From assembly GCA_045106985.1 (NCBI GenBank), contig JBGCFQ010000020.1:227897-291896 (forward strand): a DNA stretch of 64,000 nucleotides. The letters run 5' to 3'. Numbering within the stretch: the first letter of the stretch is position 1; each line of letters begins with the position of its first letter. The DNA comes from Pseudomonadales bacterium (GTDB lineage Bacteria > Pseudomonadota > Gammaproteobacteria > Pseudomonadales > JAUIET01). Below the pieces are notes generated by a model that was not told the origin of the DNA, did no database searches, and was given only the letters and a program-made list of their open reading frames with translations. Shown piece after piece: positions 37,954-46,524 of this stretch. Made by a program: the position numbers and the translations under genes.

Positions 37954-38580
37954 CTAAGGAGTGAGCTGCGTAGACAGCTCACTAGATTCTTCGAGGCTTA
38001 CGGTCTCGAGGTAGCCAGCTAGCTCCTTGCCAAATTCCACGATCAATTCACTGAGCGCCGTTACGTACGCAGCGTAGCTAGCGTCATCAGGTTCGCCTAC
38101 TAAGCGGCTACGTTTGCTGTATAAAAGCTCTCTTCCTGAGTCTGCACTTAATGTCCATAGCACGTCCAAACGCACCTCTTTTCCCAGCACACCACCGAAG
38201 TGTTGAACGTCCAGACGCACCTGATGCACTGGCCGAAATCGCGTATCCCAAGGAGCCGCGTAGACACGATCAAGTCCTGTTTGATCGGCCAGCACAGACG
38301 CCATTACACGAGTAAAGTTTTCTTCAAGATCGCCAGCCCAAATACTGTAGCTAGCGATTTTCAAGCCACCATCAGCTTCTTGCGAGACTATACCTGGTCG
38401 GTCCAACTCGGAAGGAATATTAACGGGGCCAATACCCACAGACGCGATAGCATTGCCAAGCTCAATCTCTAGGGCATTGCCAGTAAGGGCCTGCAAATTA
38501 TAGTAGCGCGTTGGCGGCTGGCTTGAACAAGCCGACAGAGCTAACAAGATTAGAACGAAGTGCACGCACTTAGTATTCAT
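37954..38580 (-). CDS. pqiC: PqiC-family lipoprotein
   Basis: Lipobox LSAC, TRYYNL, GIGPVNIPSELDRP, WAGDL; last gene of pqiABC. Confidence 0.85.
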   Translation of the reverse strand: MNTKCVHFVLILLALSACSSQPPTRYYNLQALTGNALEIELGNAIASVGIGPVNIPSELDRPGIVSQEADGGLKIASYSIWAGDLEENFTRVMASVLADQTGLDRVYAAPWDTRFRPVHQVRLDVQHFGGVLGKEVRLDVLWTLSADSGRELLYSKRSRLVGEPDDASYAAYVTALSELIVEFGKELAGYLETVSLEESSELSTQLTP

Positions 38581-40193
38581 TTGTCGTTTTTCCCGCGTAT
38601 CAAAGAGTCAGGATATCGAGCTAACTCATCAGTTAAGTTTTCCAAGGAATCAGCGGCATCACTGACATCTTCCAACATTTCCGTGAGTCGATGCTGCAAT
38701 GCAGAATCTGGTGCGACGACACTATCAATTGAGTGAATCGTATCTCGCATACCATCAATAGCCTTATCCAATGACTGTGCTGAACCATTGAGGCCTCCAA
38801 TAAGTTCATCAACGTCATCAACAATGCGCGCTTTGTTAAGATCGCCCATCATTGTTGCAACTTCATGCAGGCTACTATCCAGATTCTTGCCAATCGAATC
38901 AAAGGGCAGTTCAGCGATGTTCTGCGCGATGTCGCCTAGACGCCGCGCTATTCGCGAGTATTCGCTGTCAGCGGTTGGCAAGAGTAAGAAATCGCCCTGC
39001 TGGGTTAAAGGCGCTAGCTCCCCTTTAAACTTGCGCTCATGCTCCGGTAACAAGTCCACATAGAGTGACCCGGTTAGAAAGCTTCGCGTCTTTAACTGAG
39101 CTCTCATACCTTCGGCGACCAGAGTTGCAAATAACTCATTAAGTTCTGCCAATGTGGGAGCGTCGTCTGGATTAATTCGTTCTGGCTGAATCGAAATCAC
39201 CACATCAATCTCTCGATCGCTGGCTATGCCGGCATCGAGTCCTACGTGCTCAACCTTTCCTACTTGTATGCCGCGGAACTCAACCGGCGCGCCAACACTC
39301 AAGCCACGAACCGATGCTACGAACTTCAATAAATAGGGGTAAGAGTATGTTAACGCACCCTCAGCCACCGCTTCACGATCATCAAACAGGTGAAACTGAG
39401 CCCCTGCTTCAGCCCTGGCATGCTCTCCCGAAATATCGGGTGGTGTACTGAACGCCAGACCACCCGACATAAGCGCCGCGAAAGATTCGACATCAGCCAC
39501 CAGCCCTTCAGAGCCAAACTCAAAACTTAAGCCGCTGACATTCCAAAAGGTGGTATTGGTCATAATCAACTCGTCGTATGGCGCTTTGATAAAAATTCTT
39601 GTTTCCACCCGGCCAGCCTCTGGCAGTAACTTAAAGCGAGTTACTTCGCCCACCGGAACCTGGCGGTGATAAACCAAAGATCCAATATCAAGCGAGCCAA
39701 GTTGCTCGGAACGCAACGTGTATTGGGTGCCTTGTTGATAAGAACGAATAGAAGGAGGCTCAGTCAAACCGTCGAATACACGTTGTTTAGCGCCAGGCTC
39801 ACCTGGATCCATCTCCAGATAAACTCCGGAAAGCAAGGTATCTAATCCGCTGACCCCACCCAGTGAAATTCGAGGAGCAACAACCCAAAATCGTGTGCTC
39901 TCAGACAACAAAGGGGCTACTTGAGGGTCCATCTCTACAAAAACAGTTACCTTTTCAAAATTAGAACTCAACCGTGTTTCAATAACTTCTCCAACGACTA
40001 CGTCACGAAACTTTACTTTGGTTTTGCCTACAGCGATACCAGCGGCATCATCGAAAACGATCTGAATTTCAGGGCCACGTTCTTGCCAAGAACGAAGTGC
40101 CAACCATCCCGCAATGAGGAGCGCCAACAGTGGTACAATCCAGATCGGGGAGATGTTGCTAACACGAGTTAAATGCGGATGGTTGTCATTCAT
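38577..40193 (-). CDS. pqiB: PqiB intermembrane transport protein (three MCE domains)
   Basis: ISPIWIVPL, GKTKVKFRDV, TRFWVV.PRI, LDTLLSG, SVRGLSVGAPVEFRGI, LTGSLYVDL. Confidence 0.92.
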   Translation of the reverse strand: MNDNHPHLTRVSNISPIWIVPLLALLIAGWLALRSWQERGPEIQIVFDDAAGIAVGKTKVKFRDVVVGEVIETRLSSNFEKVTVFVEMDPQVAPLLSESTRFWVVAPRISLGGVSGLDTLLSGVYLEMDPGEPGAKQRVFDGLTEPPSIRSYQQGTQYTLRSEQLGSLDIGSLVYHRQVPVGEVTRFKLLPEAGRVETRIFIKAPYDELIMTNTTFWNVSGLSFEFGSEGLVADVESFAALMSGGLAFSTPPDISGEHARAEAGAQFHLFDDREAVAEGALTYSYPYLLKFVASVRGLSVGAPVEFRGIQVGKVEHVGLDAGIASDREIDVVISIQPERINPDDAPTLAELNELFATLVAEGMRAQLKTRSFLTGSLYVDLLPEHERKFKGELAPLTQQGDFLLLPTADSEYSRIARRLGDIAQNIAELPFDSIGKNLDSSLHEVATMMGDLNKARIVDDVDELIGGLNGSAQSLDKAIDGMRDTIHSIDSVVAPDSALQHRLTEMLEDVSDAADSLENLTDELARYPDSLIRGKNDK

Positions 40194-41440
40194 GTTGCTG
40201 CTACTCTATTCTGGTGCTGGTGATACGCGTCCCAGATAAGCTTCTGGTCAAATGTTTCTGTAGCCATCATTGTTAACACCACAACACCGGCAAAAGACAA
40301 TAAGGCGGCACCTGGCTCAACGTTAGCTAGCAGGCCAAACTGCACCATCGCCACCAAAATTGTAACCACAAATACATCGATCATCGACCAGCGCCCCACA
40401 AGCTCTGTTAAACGAAACAGCTTGGACATTTGGTCAGGCTTGCCGTTGAACCGAATACTAACGTTCCAGATAAGATAAGCCATCACTAGCAGCTTTGCGA
40501 TGGGTATGATAATGCTTGCAACAAACACCAACAAAGCTATAGGTAGATCACCAGACTCTGCCAAATGCACGACACCGGAAAAAATAGTGTCGGACGTGGT
40601 TTGTCCAAGGTTGGTCGTTTGCATAATTGGCAAGATGTTAGAGGGTATATATAAGACTGTAGCGGCAAACAACAAGGCGACAGTTTTTTGAAGGCTTCTA
40701 GGCCATCGCATGTATACTTGGTTGCTGCAACGAGGACATTCATTGTCTACGACTAACACGCTCTCGCTGATCAACGCGTTACAACCTCGGCACGGGTAGA
40801 CTGGCTCACTGTGTTCATGCGCATAGAAATTCTTGTCATCCAGCCACTGCCAAATTTCATGCCTATCCAGGAATATGTGACACGCGAGAAGTACAACAAC
40901 CAGGCCTAAAAACGCATAAAGACCCGCACCAGGAATTATTGTTGCCATACCGGCGAGCTTGATCGCGGAGACTAGTACACCAATCAAAAATATTTCCAAC
41001 ATGCTCCACGGTCGAGACAGTTCGAGAAGATGTAAAATCTGACCTAGAAACGGCGCCCTCACGTTAGCACGCCTGAAGACCAACACGTAGGCAAGCCCCA
41101 GTAACTCCAGTAAAGGAAATAGAAAAATTGTCACGAAAACCAGCGATGCTAAAATGAAACGGTCTCGCGCAATCAAGGCCTGAACGCCGCTGATAATATT
41201 CGTGTTCTGAATCTGGCCTGCCTGTTCCAAGCCTAGAAAAGGAAAAGTATTAGCGAATACAAACAGAATTAATCCAGTGAAGGTTAACGCGGTTACCTTG
41301 CTTTCCCACTCGGCATGCTTGCGCAGAATTACATGGCCGCAATGTACGCATTGCATTTCATGCCCAACATCACAGGCAGGCATATCATAGATGTGCCCAC
41401 AATCGTGACAGCCAATCATCTCCCTGCTAGCTCTGATCAC
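40190..41440 (-). CDS. pqiA: PqiA inner-membrane protein (two PqiA domains)
   Basis: CHDCG...CVHCG, PWSMLEIF, CRGC...CPRC, GRWSMIDVFVV. Confidence 0.92.
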   Translation of the reverse strand: MIRASREMIGCHDCGHIYDMPACDVGHEMQCVHCGHVILRKHAEWESKVTALTFTGLILFVFANTFPFLGLEQAGQIQNTNIISGVQALIARDRFILASLVFVTIFLFPLLELLGLAYVLVFRRANVRAPFLGQILHLLELSRPWSMLEIFLIGVLVSAIKLAGMATIIPGAGLYAFLGLVVVLLACHIFLDRHEIWQWLDDKNFYAHEHSEPVYPCRGCNALISESVLVVDNECPRCSNQVYMRWPRSLQKTVALLFAATVLYIPSNILPIMQTTNLGQTTSDTIFSGVVHLAESGDLPIALLVFVASIIIPIAKLLVMAYLIWNVSIRFNGKPDQMSKLFRLTELVGRWSMIDVFVVTILVAMVQFGLLANVEPGAALLSFAGVVVLTMMATETFDQKLIWDAYHQHQNRVAAT

Positions 41441-41659
41441 TTATTGTTCGCCAATACCGTCGTTATAAGAATTATTTTTGTGCCTTTTATCGAATAAGCA
41501 TAGCATGACTGGCCTCTCTCACACTGTTGGACGACTGGCCGTTTTCTGTACTGGACAGAAAGCAAATCTAGGTGAACAATGGCGCTTTGGAGTCTCCAAT
41601 AACCGACGCTGTTAAAGATTGAGATAATCAAACCAGACTCCGGCATTATAAGGTAGGCA

Positions 41660-42391
41660 ATGAAACTAAATTGTGATTTGGGGGAGAGCTATGGCAGCTG
41701 GTCCATGGGGCTAGACGATGCTGTAATGCCCTATATCGACCAGGCGAACATTGCTTGCGGGTACCACGCTGGTGACCCGCTGACGATGCTCAACACTATT
41801 CAATTAGCGCACTCGCATGGCGTGGAAATTGGAGCCCACCCCTCATACCCTGATTTAGTCGGTTTTGGCAGACGATCCATGCGATGCAGCAGCGAAGAGT
41901 TAAGGGCAATGCTGTACTATCAAATTGCCGCGCTTGACGGCATGTGCCATACGCTTGGCGCGAGCCTAAGTTATGTTAAGCCACATGGCGCTATGTACAA
42001 CGATATGATGGCAGACGAAGCCCTACGCGCAACAATAATGCAAACGATCGGTGAATATCACCGGCCTCTTAAACTTATGCTGCTATCCACGGCGAATGCC
42101 GAACAACACAAGCAACAAGCACAGAACTTTGATGTAGAAATCTTATTGGAAGGTTTTGCCGACAGACGGTATACCGAGGATGGTTTTCTGCAGCCTCGAA
42201 GTGTTAAAGGTTCAGTCCTTGATAGAGTTAACACCCTGTCACAGGCTCAAAAAATAGTAGAGGCACAAACAGTGCTTACTAGCAGCGGCGCTGAGTTACA
42301 GCTCAACATTGATAGTCTCTGTGTTCACGGCGACAACCCTGACGCAATCGAATCCACTGCTGCCATTCGAAAACTACTCGGCCAGGGCTAA
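41660..42391 (+). CDS. pxpA: 5-oxoprolinase subunit A (LamB/YcsF family)
   Basis: LNCDLGESYG, ANIACGYHAGD, GAHPSYPDLVGFGRR, YVKPHGAMYN, LCVHGD. Confidence 0.93.
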   Translation: MKLNCDLGESYGSWSMGLDDAVMPYIDQANIACGYHAGDPLTMLNTIQLAHSHGVEIGAHPSYPDLVGFGRRSMRCSSEELRAMLYYQIAALDGMCHTLGASLSYVKPHGAMYNDMMADEALRATIMQTIGEYHRPLKLMLLSTANAEQHKQQAQNFDVEILLEGFADRRYTEDGFLQPRSVKGSVLDRVNTLSQAQKIVEAQTVLTSSGAELQLNIDSLCVHGDNPDAIESTAAIRKLLGQG

Positions 42392-42397
42392 ACTTCC

Positions 42398-43249
42398 GTG
42401 ATTCAGAAAAACGACCTCGAACTGAGCGCCAGAATAGAAGACGTGCTGGTGCAAAAAAATGTGCGCGGCATGCGCTACGTGCAAGCCGCCCTAGCACCCG
42501 GCTACTGTTTACGAGCGGCAGCACTGCTTTACAGCAACTACGAACGAGTGATGATTGGTACTGGCTTCCCGGTGGCTGGCACATTCGAAACAGATGGACC
42601 AGTGGGTGCGATTGCACTTTATAACGCACTTGAGTCACTGGGCGGTAATCCGGTAATGGCGTGCGGTTCACCTCTGTATGACGTAATGCAACTAAATCAC
42701 CGAACACAGGAGTTAAGTCTAGACCTAAAGGACAATAGCCCTGTAGGTCGTGCCCAGGAGGCAACTCGTATTCTAGAACTGCAGCGACCAACCGCCTTGT
42801 TATCGATTGAAAGGCCAGGACCATCGGCGTCGGGCCAGTATTTTAATATACGCCGCGAAGACATAAGCGATAAGTGCGCCTGGTTTGACGAATGCATGCG
42901 GCTTGCTGAATGTCCGACGATAGGAATTGGTGACGGCGGCAATGAGATCGGAATGGGCAATGTAATAGACACAATTGCCAAACTCGATATCGAAGCGTCG
43001 GTAAGTTATTGCGATGAACTTTTGGTAGCTGATGTTTCTAACTGGGCTGCCTACGGCATCATCGCCTTTCTCGGGCGTTGGTCTGGTCAAGATTTATTGG
43101 CTAACTGTGACCCTGAAAGAACTCTGCAGTTTTTATCGAAGCATGGCAGCGTAGACGGAGTTACCTGTAAGAATACAATCAGTGAAGATGGGCTGGACGT
43201 GGCGGAAGGCCTACTTTTGATTGAACAACTACAAAGGCTAGCGGCTTAG
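42398..43249 (+). CDS. D-glutamate cyclase domain protein (DUF4392)
   Basis: TGFPV, ETDGPVGA, IERPG, GIGDGGNEIGMG, VSNWAAYG. Confidence 0.85.
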   Translation: MIQKNDLELSARIEDVLVQKNVRGMRYVQAALAPGYCLRAAALLYSNYERVMIGTGFPVAGTFETDGPVGAIALYNALESLGGNPVMACGSPLYDVMQLNHRTQELSLDLKDNSPVGRAQEATRILELQRPTALLSIERPGPSASGQYFNIRREDISDKCAWFDECMRLAECPTIGIGDGGNEIGMGNVIDTIAKLDIEASVSYCDELLVADVSNWAAYGIIAFLGRWSGQDLLANCDPERTLQFLSKHGSVDGVTCKNTISEDGLDVAEGLLLIEQLQRLAA

Positions 43250-43268
43250 GTTCCCTGGAGGCACAACT

Positions 43269-44126
43269 ATGACTATTGCTTATCTGAATGGAGAATTCTT
43301 GCCTCTGGAGGAAGCTAGAATATCGCCAATGGACCGTGGCTTTCTTTTCGGTGATGGCATTTATGAAGTTATCCCCTCCTACAACGGCAAGCTCGTTGGC
43401 TTCCTACCGCATATTAATCGAATGCGTGACGGCCTGAATGCAGTTGAAATAGCGCAAACTGACAGCGATCAATATTGGCGAGGAATATGCGAAGAGTTGA
43501 GCGTGCGTAATGGCGGCGGCAACCTAGGGATATACATTCAGGTAAGCCGAGGAGCGGATACCAAGCGCCACCATGCTTATCCCATCGGAATTGCACCTAC
43601 CGTGTTCGCCTATGCGTTTGAAATACCCGCAGAGCCAGAAGCAAAACGCGACACGGCAAAGACGCTTAAAGTGGTCAGCAGCCTGGATCAGCGATGGGCA
43701 AGATGCAATATCAAATCAGTTGCTCTACTGGGTAACGTTATGCATTTTCAACAAGGTTCTGCGAGCGGAAAAGATGAGGTTCTGCTATTCAACGAGCGCG
43801 ACGAGGTAACTGAGGGTGCAGCCTGTAATGTGTTCGTGGTTAAGGGTGGTGTTATTGCTACACCTCCGCTTGACAATCAAATACTGCCAGGGGTTACTCG
43901 GCAGATATTGCTGAGCATTTTGAAGCAAAGCCAATCCATTGCTGTACAAGAACGTGTCGTCACTCTTGACGAAGCCAGGGAAGCCGACGAAATATGGTTT
44001 AGTAGCTCAACCAAAGAAGTCATTCCGGTTGTTGAACTCGACGGCGATCCGGTTGGCGACGGCGCTCCTGGACCTATATGGGAAGCAGCTCAAACCCTTT
44101 TCAGCCAGCAGAAGTACGACTACTAG
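43269..44126 (+). CDS. dat: D-amino-acid aminotransferase (PLP fold IV)
   Basis: DRGFLFGDGIYEVI, YIQVSRG...RHH, RW.RCNIKS, TEGAACN, ILPGVTR, SSTKEV. Confidence 0.88.
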   Translation: MTIAYLNGEFLPLEEARISPMDRGFLFGDGIYEVIPSYNGKLVGFLPHINRMRDGLNAVEIAQTDSDQYWRGICEELSVRNGGGNLGIYIQVSRGADTKRHHAYPIGIAPTVFAYAFEIPAEPEAKRDTAKTLKVVSSLDQRWARCNIKSVALLGNVMHFQQGSASGKDEVLLFNERDEVTEGAACNVFVVKGGVIATPPLDNQILPGVTRQILLSILKQSQSIAVQERVVTLDEAREADEIWFSSSTKEVIPVVELDGDPVGDGAPGPIWEAAQTLFSQQKYDY

Positions 44127-45208
44127 TGCGTCCAGCAAAAGCCCACATTTCACTCGCGGCACTACAAGCCAATCTCGCGCAGGTTAACAAATGCGCGCCA
44201 AACTCCAAAATAGCGGCTGTTGTTAAGGCTAACGCCTATGGCCACGGAGCAGAGCAATGCGCAACAGCGCTTGAGGCCACATCAAACGCTCTTGCGGTAG
44301 CGTGTATTGACGAAGCTTTGTCTCTAAGATCAGCAGGGATAAAGGCCCCAATCCTACTGCTGGAAGGGCATTTCAATGCCGCGGAGCTGGAGCTGGCCGC
44401 GAAAAACGAGTTTTGGCTAATGACCCACAACGGCGAGCAAGTCCAACAAGTTCTGGACTTCAAGGGCATGCGAGAGCTGACTATTTGGCTCAAAGTTGAT
44501 ACAGGCATGCATAGGCTTGGACTCACGCCTGACGAGTTTCCAAAGGCGCACGCAGCATTGACACAAGCACCTCACGTCGCAGCTCCCGTAGTACTGGCAA
44601 CTCACTTTTCAAGTGCAGAAGAACCAAAGGTCGCTGTAACGAGCGCCCAGATAGATGCGTTAGCACAGCTGAATCGGGCATCGAGTATTCCAATGAGCTT
44701 AGCCAATTCGGCTGGAATTCTGGCACACCCAACAGCCCATGCTGAGTGGGTACGCCCCGGAATCATGTTGTATGGATGCTCTCCTCTTGGACAAGAGCAT
44801 CCGCAAAGGAGCAACACAGAACTTAATCCCGTTATGAGTTTGCGAACTGAAGTCATCGCGGTTCACGACGTGGCTGCTGGTGAAGGTGTTGGCTATGGCC
44901 TTAAGTGGCGAGCAGGCAAACCCAGCAAAATCGCCACAGTGGCGATTGGCTACGGTGATGGTTACCCACGATCTGCACCTTCGGGCACTCCGGTTTTGAT
45001 AAACGGACAACGCGCGCCTCTATGCGGCACAGTATCAATGGATATGATCACTGTCGACATTACTGAACTGGAAAACGTTACTATTGGTTCGACAGCTGAG
45101 CTATGGGGAAAAGAGCTGCTCGTTGATGAAGTCGCCGCAATGGCAAACACCATCAGTTACGAGCTGCTTACGCGGATGCCTGCCAGGGTTGTTCGAGAAT
45201 ATAGCTAA
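44126..45208 (+). CDS. alr: Alanine racemase
   Basis: AVVKANAYGHG, KVDTGMHRLG, SLANSAG, VRPGIMLYG, GYGDGYPR, VSMDM; GTG start overlapping the dat stop (TAGTG). Confidence 0.94.
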   Translation: MRPAKAHISLAALQANLAQVNKCAPNSKIAAVVKANAYGHGAEQCATALEATSNALAVACIDEALSLRSAGIKAPILLLEGHFNAAELELAAKNEFWLMTHNGEQVQQVLDFKGMRELTIWLKVDTGMHRLGLTPDEFPKAHAALTQAPHVAAPVVLATHFSSAEEPKVAVTSAQIDALAQLNRASSIPMSLANSAGILAHPTAHAEWVRPGIMLYGCSPLGQEHPQRSNTELNPVMSLRTEVIAVHDVAAGEGVGYGLKWRAGKPSKIATVAIGYGDGYPRSAPSGTPVLINGQRAPLCGTVSMDMITVDITELENVTIGSTAELWGKELLVDEVAAMANTISYELLTRMPARVVREYS

Positions 45209-45241
45209 GTTATCTCCGCTCGACGGATGCTCGCCAATAGC

Positions 45242-45880
45242 TTAGCGAACCCTAATTCTTGGATCAGGCGAACCTGCACGCATTGTTCGAAGAAAGTGTT
45301 CCAGCGGCGCTGGCTCTGCCACCTCGGCGTCATTGTCATTAGCCGTACTGGCCCAAAACTCCGTCCATGAGGGAAAAAGTTCATGGTAAGCCCCTTCGTA
45401 ACTATCGCGGTCTGGCCACCGCATTTTATTTGCACCGACAGGTGGCTTGTTTAGATCAGTGGCATACCAATAACAGGGCAAACGCCTACGGAAGTACCAA
45501 GAGCCATCGATTCGCTCGTAGTCATCCCAATACATCATCTGCATGATCACCCACTCAGCTCTGCCATCAGCGGTTGGGGTTTCATGCTCATTTTTCGAGT
45601 AAACCACGCCCATTGCATGGTCTGGGTCTTCAAACTCAATAACATGGTTTCCAACATGGTGAGACGTGCCAGTGAACTGCAATCTCAGGGTATCGTCTAA
45701 CCAACGCTTTAGACTGGCGCGCCCAGTTAGCTCTCGGCTAACACGGATGTCCTCAGCAAATAAATTAACATGTGCATCAAGATCTCGCATATCCAGCGAT
45801 AAAGAATACTTTGATACAAGCTGGCGAATCTCGTCGATCGATTCCAGACGATCTACGCGCTGTTCGAGTGATTGGATCAT
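45242..45880 (-). CDS. SnoaL_4/NTF2-like protein (BaiE/LinA-like)
   Basis: RLESIDEIRQL..KY...LD.RD, TSHHVGNH, YWDDYERIDGSWYFRRR. Confidence 0.8.
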   Translation of the reverse strand: MIQSLEQRVDRLESIDEIRQLVSKYSLSLDMRDLDAHVNLFAEDIRVSRELTGRASLKRWLDDTLRLQFTGTSHHVGNHVIEFEDPDHAMGVVYSKNEHETPTADGRAEWVIMQMMYWDDYERIDGSWYFRRRLPCYWYATDLNKPPVGANKMRWPDRDSYEGAYHELFPSWTEFWASTANDNDAEVAEPAPLEHFLRTMRAGSPDPRIRVR

Positions 45881-45914
45881 ATTGCTACCGTTCTATAAGT
45901 TCAAGCGCTGGCGT

Positions 45915-46349
45915 CTAAGATTTGGGCCCTGCCATAAAATTCACCAAGGCCTCGTATTGCTCATCACTGCAATCAAAGCACAGGCCTTTAGGCGGCATGG
46001 CATTCAAGCCATTCTTGATATTGGCTATTACGGCTTCCATACCCTTCTCCATCTTGGGTGCCCACGCTGCTACATCATGTGTTTTCGGTGCACCGGCCGC
46101 GCCACTCAAGTGGCACGATATGCAAGACCTCTGATAGATAGTTTTAATTTCATCCGACACTGCTGTTGCGTCAACGGTGGACGCTATTGCCTGAGTAACC
46201 TGCTTCTCAACACTCTCGGCCGCAGGTGCCGAATGCGCAGCGCTATTCGGAGCGGACACGCCTTGCTTGTCACCACCGCAGGCGACCAAAAGGACTGAGA
46301 TGAGAGCGGCTATGATCGTTTTGAGATTAACGGATAAGAAACGTGACAT
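45915..46349 (-). CDS. Cytochrome c5 family lipoprotein
   Basis: Lipobox LVAC, CISCH, GAPK...AW, GLNAMPPKGLC.DC. Confidence 0.9.
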   Translation of the reverse strand: MSRFLSVNLKTIIAALISVLLVACGGDKQGVSAPNSAAHSAPAAESVEKQVTQAIASTVDATAVSDEIKTIYQRSCISCHLSGAAGAPKTHDVAAWAPKMEKGMEAVIANIKNGLNAMPPKGLCFDCSDEQYEALVNFMAGPKS

Positions 46350-46524
46350 TGGAACTCCTCGATACCTGAATTATTTACCACAAACTGCTGATTATTAAGT
46401 GTAAAAAGCCTAATTTGGATTACCATTCGTTAGCGCGGCCCACACCGATGAGAGCGGCAGTTGCGCCGGCGCTAACCCTACAGTAACGTATGCATTCCGT
46501 AAATCATCTAGAAGCTCAAAATCC

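Noticed and set aside
41441-41659. Possible remnant of pxpB/pxpC upstream of pxpA
   Set aside because: Translation of the three + frames shows no PxpB or PxpC motifs such as QTxGGYP
46429-46476. GTTAGCGC/GCGCTAAC inverted repeat upstream of the KstD-like gene
   Set aside because: A single 8-bp stem with no recognisable riboswitch or operator consensus; cannot be distinguished from chance
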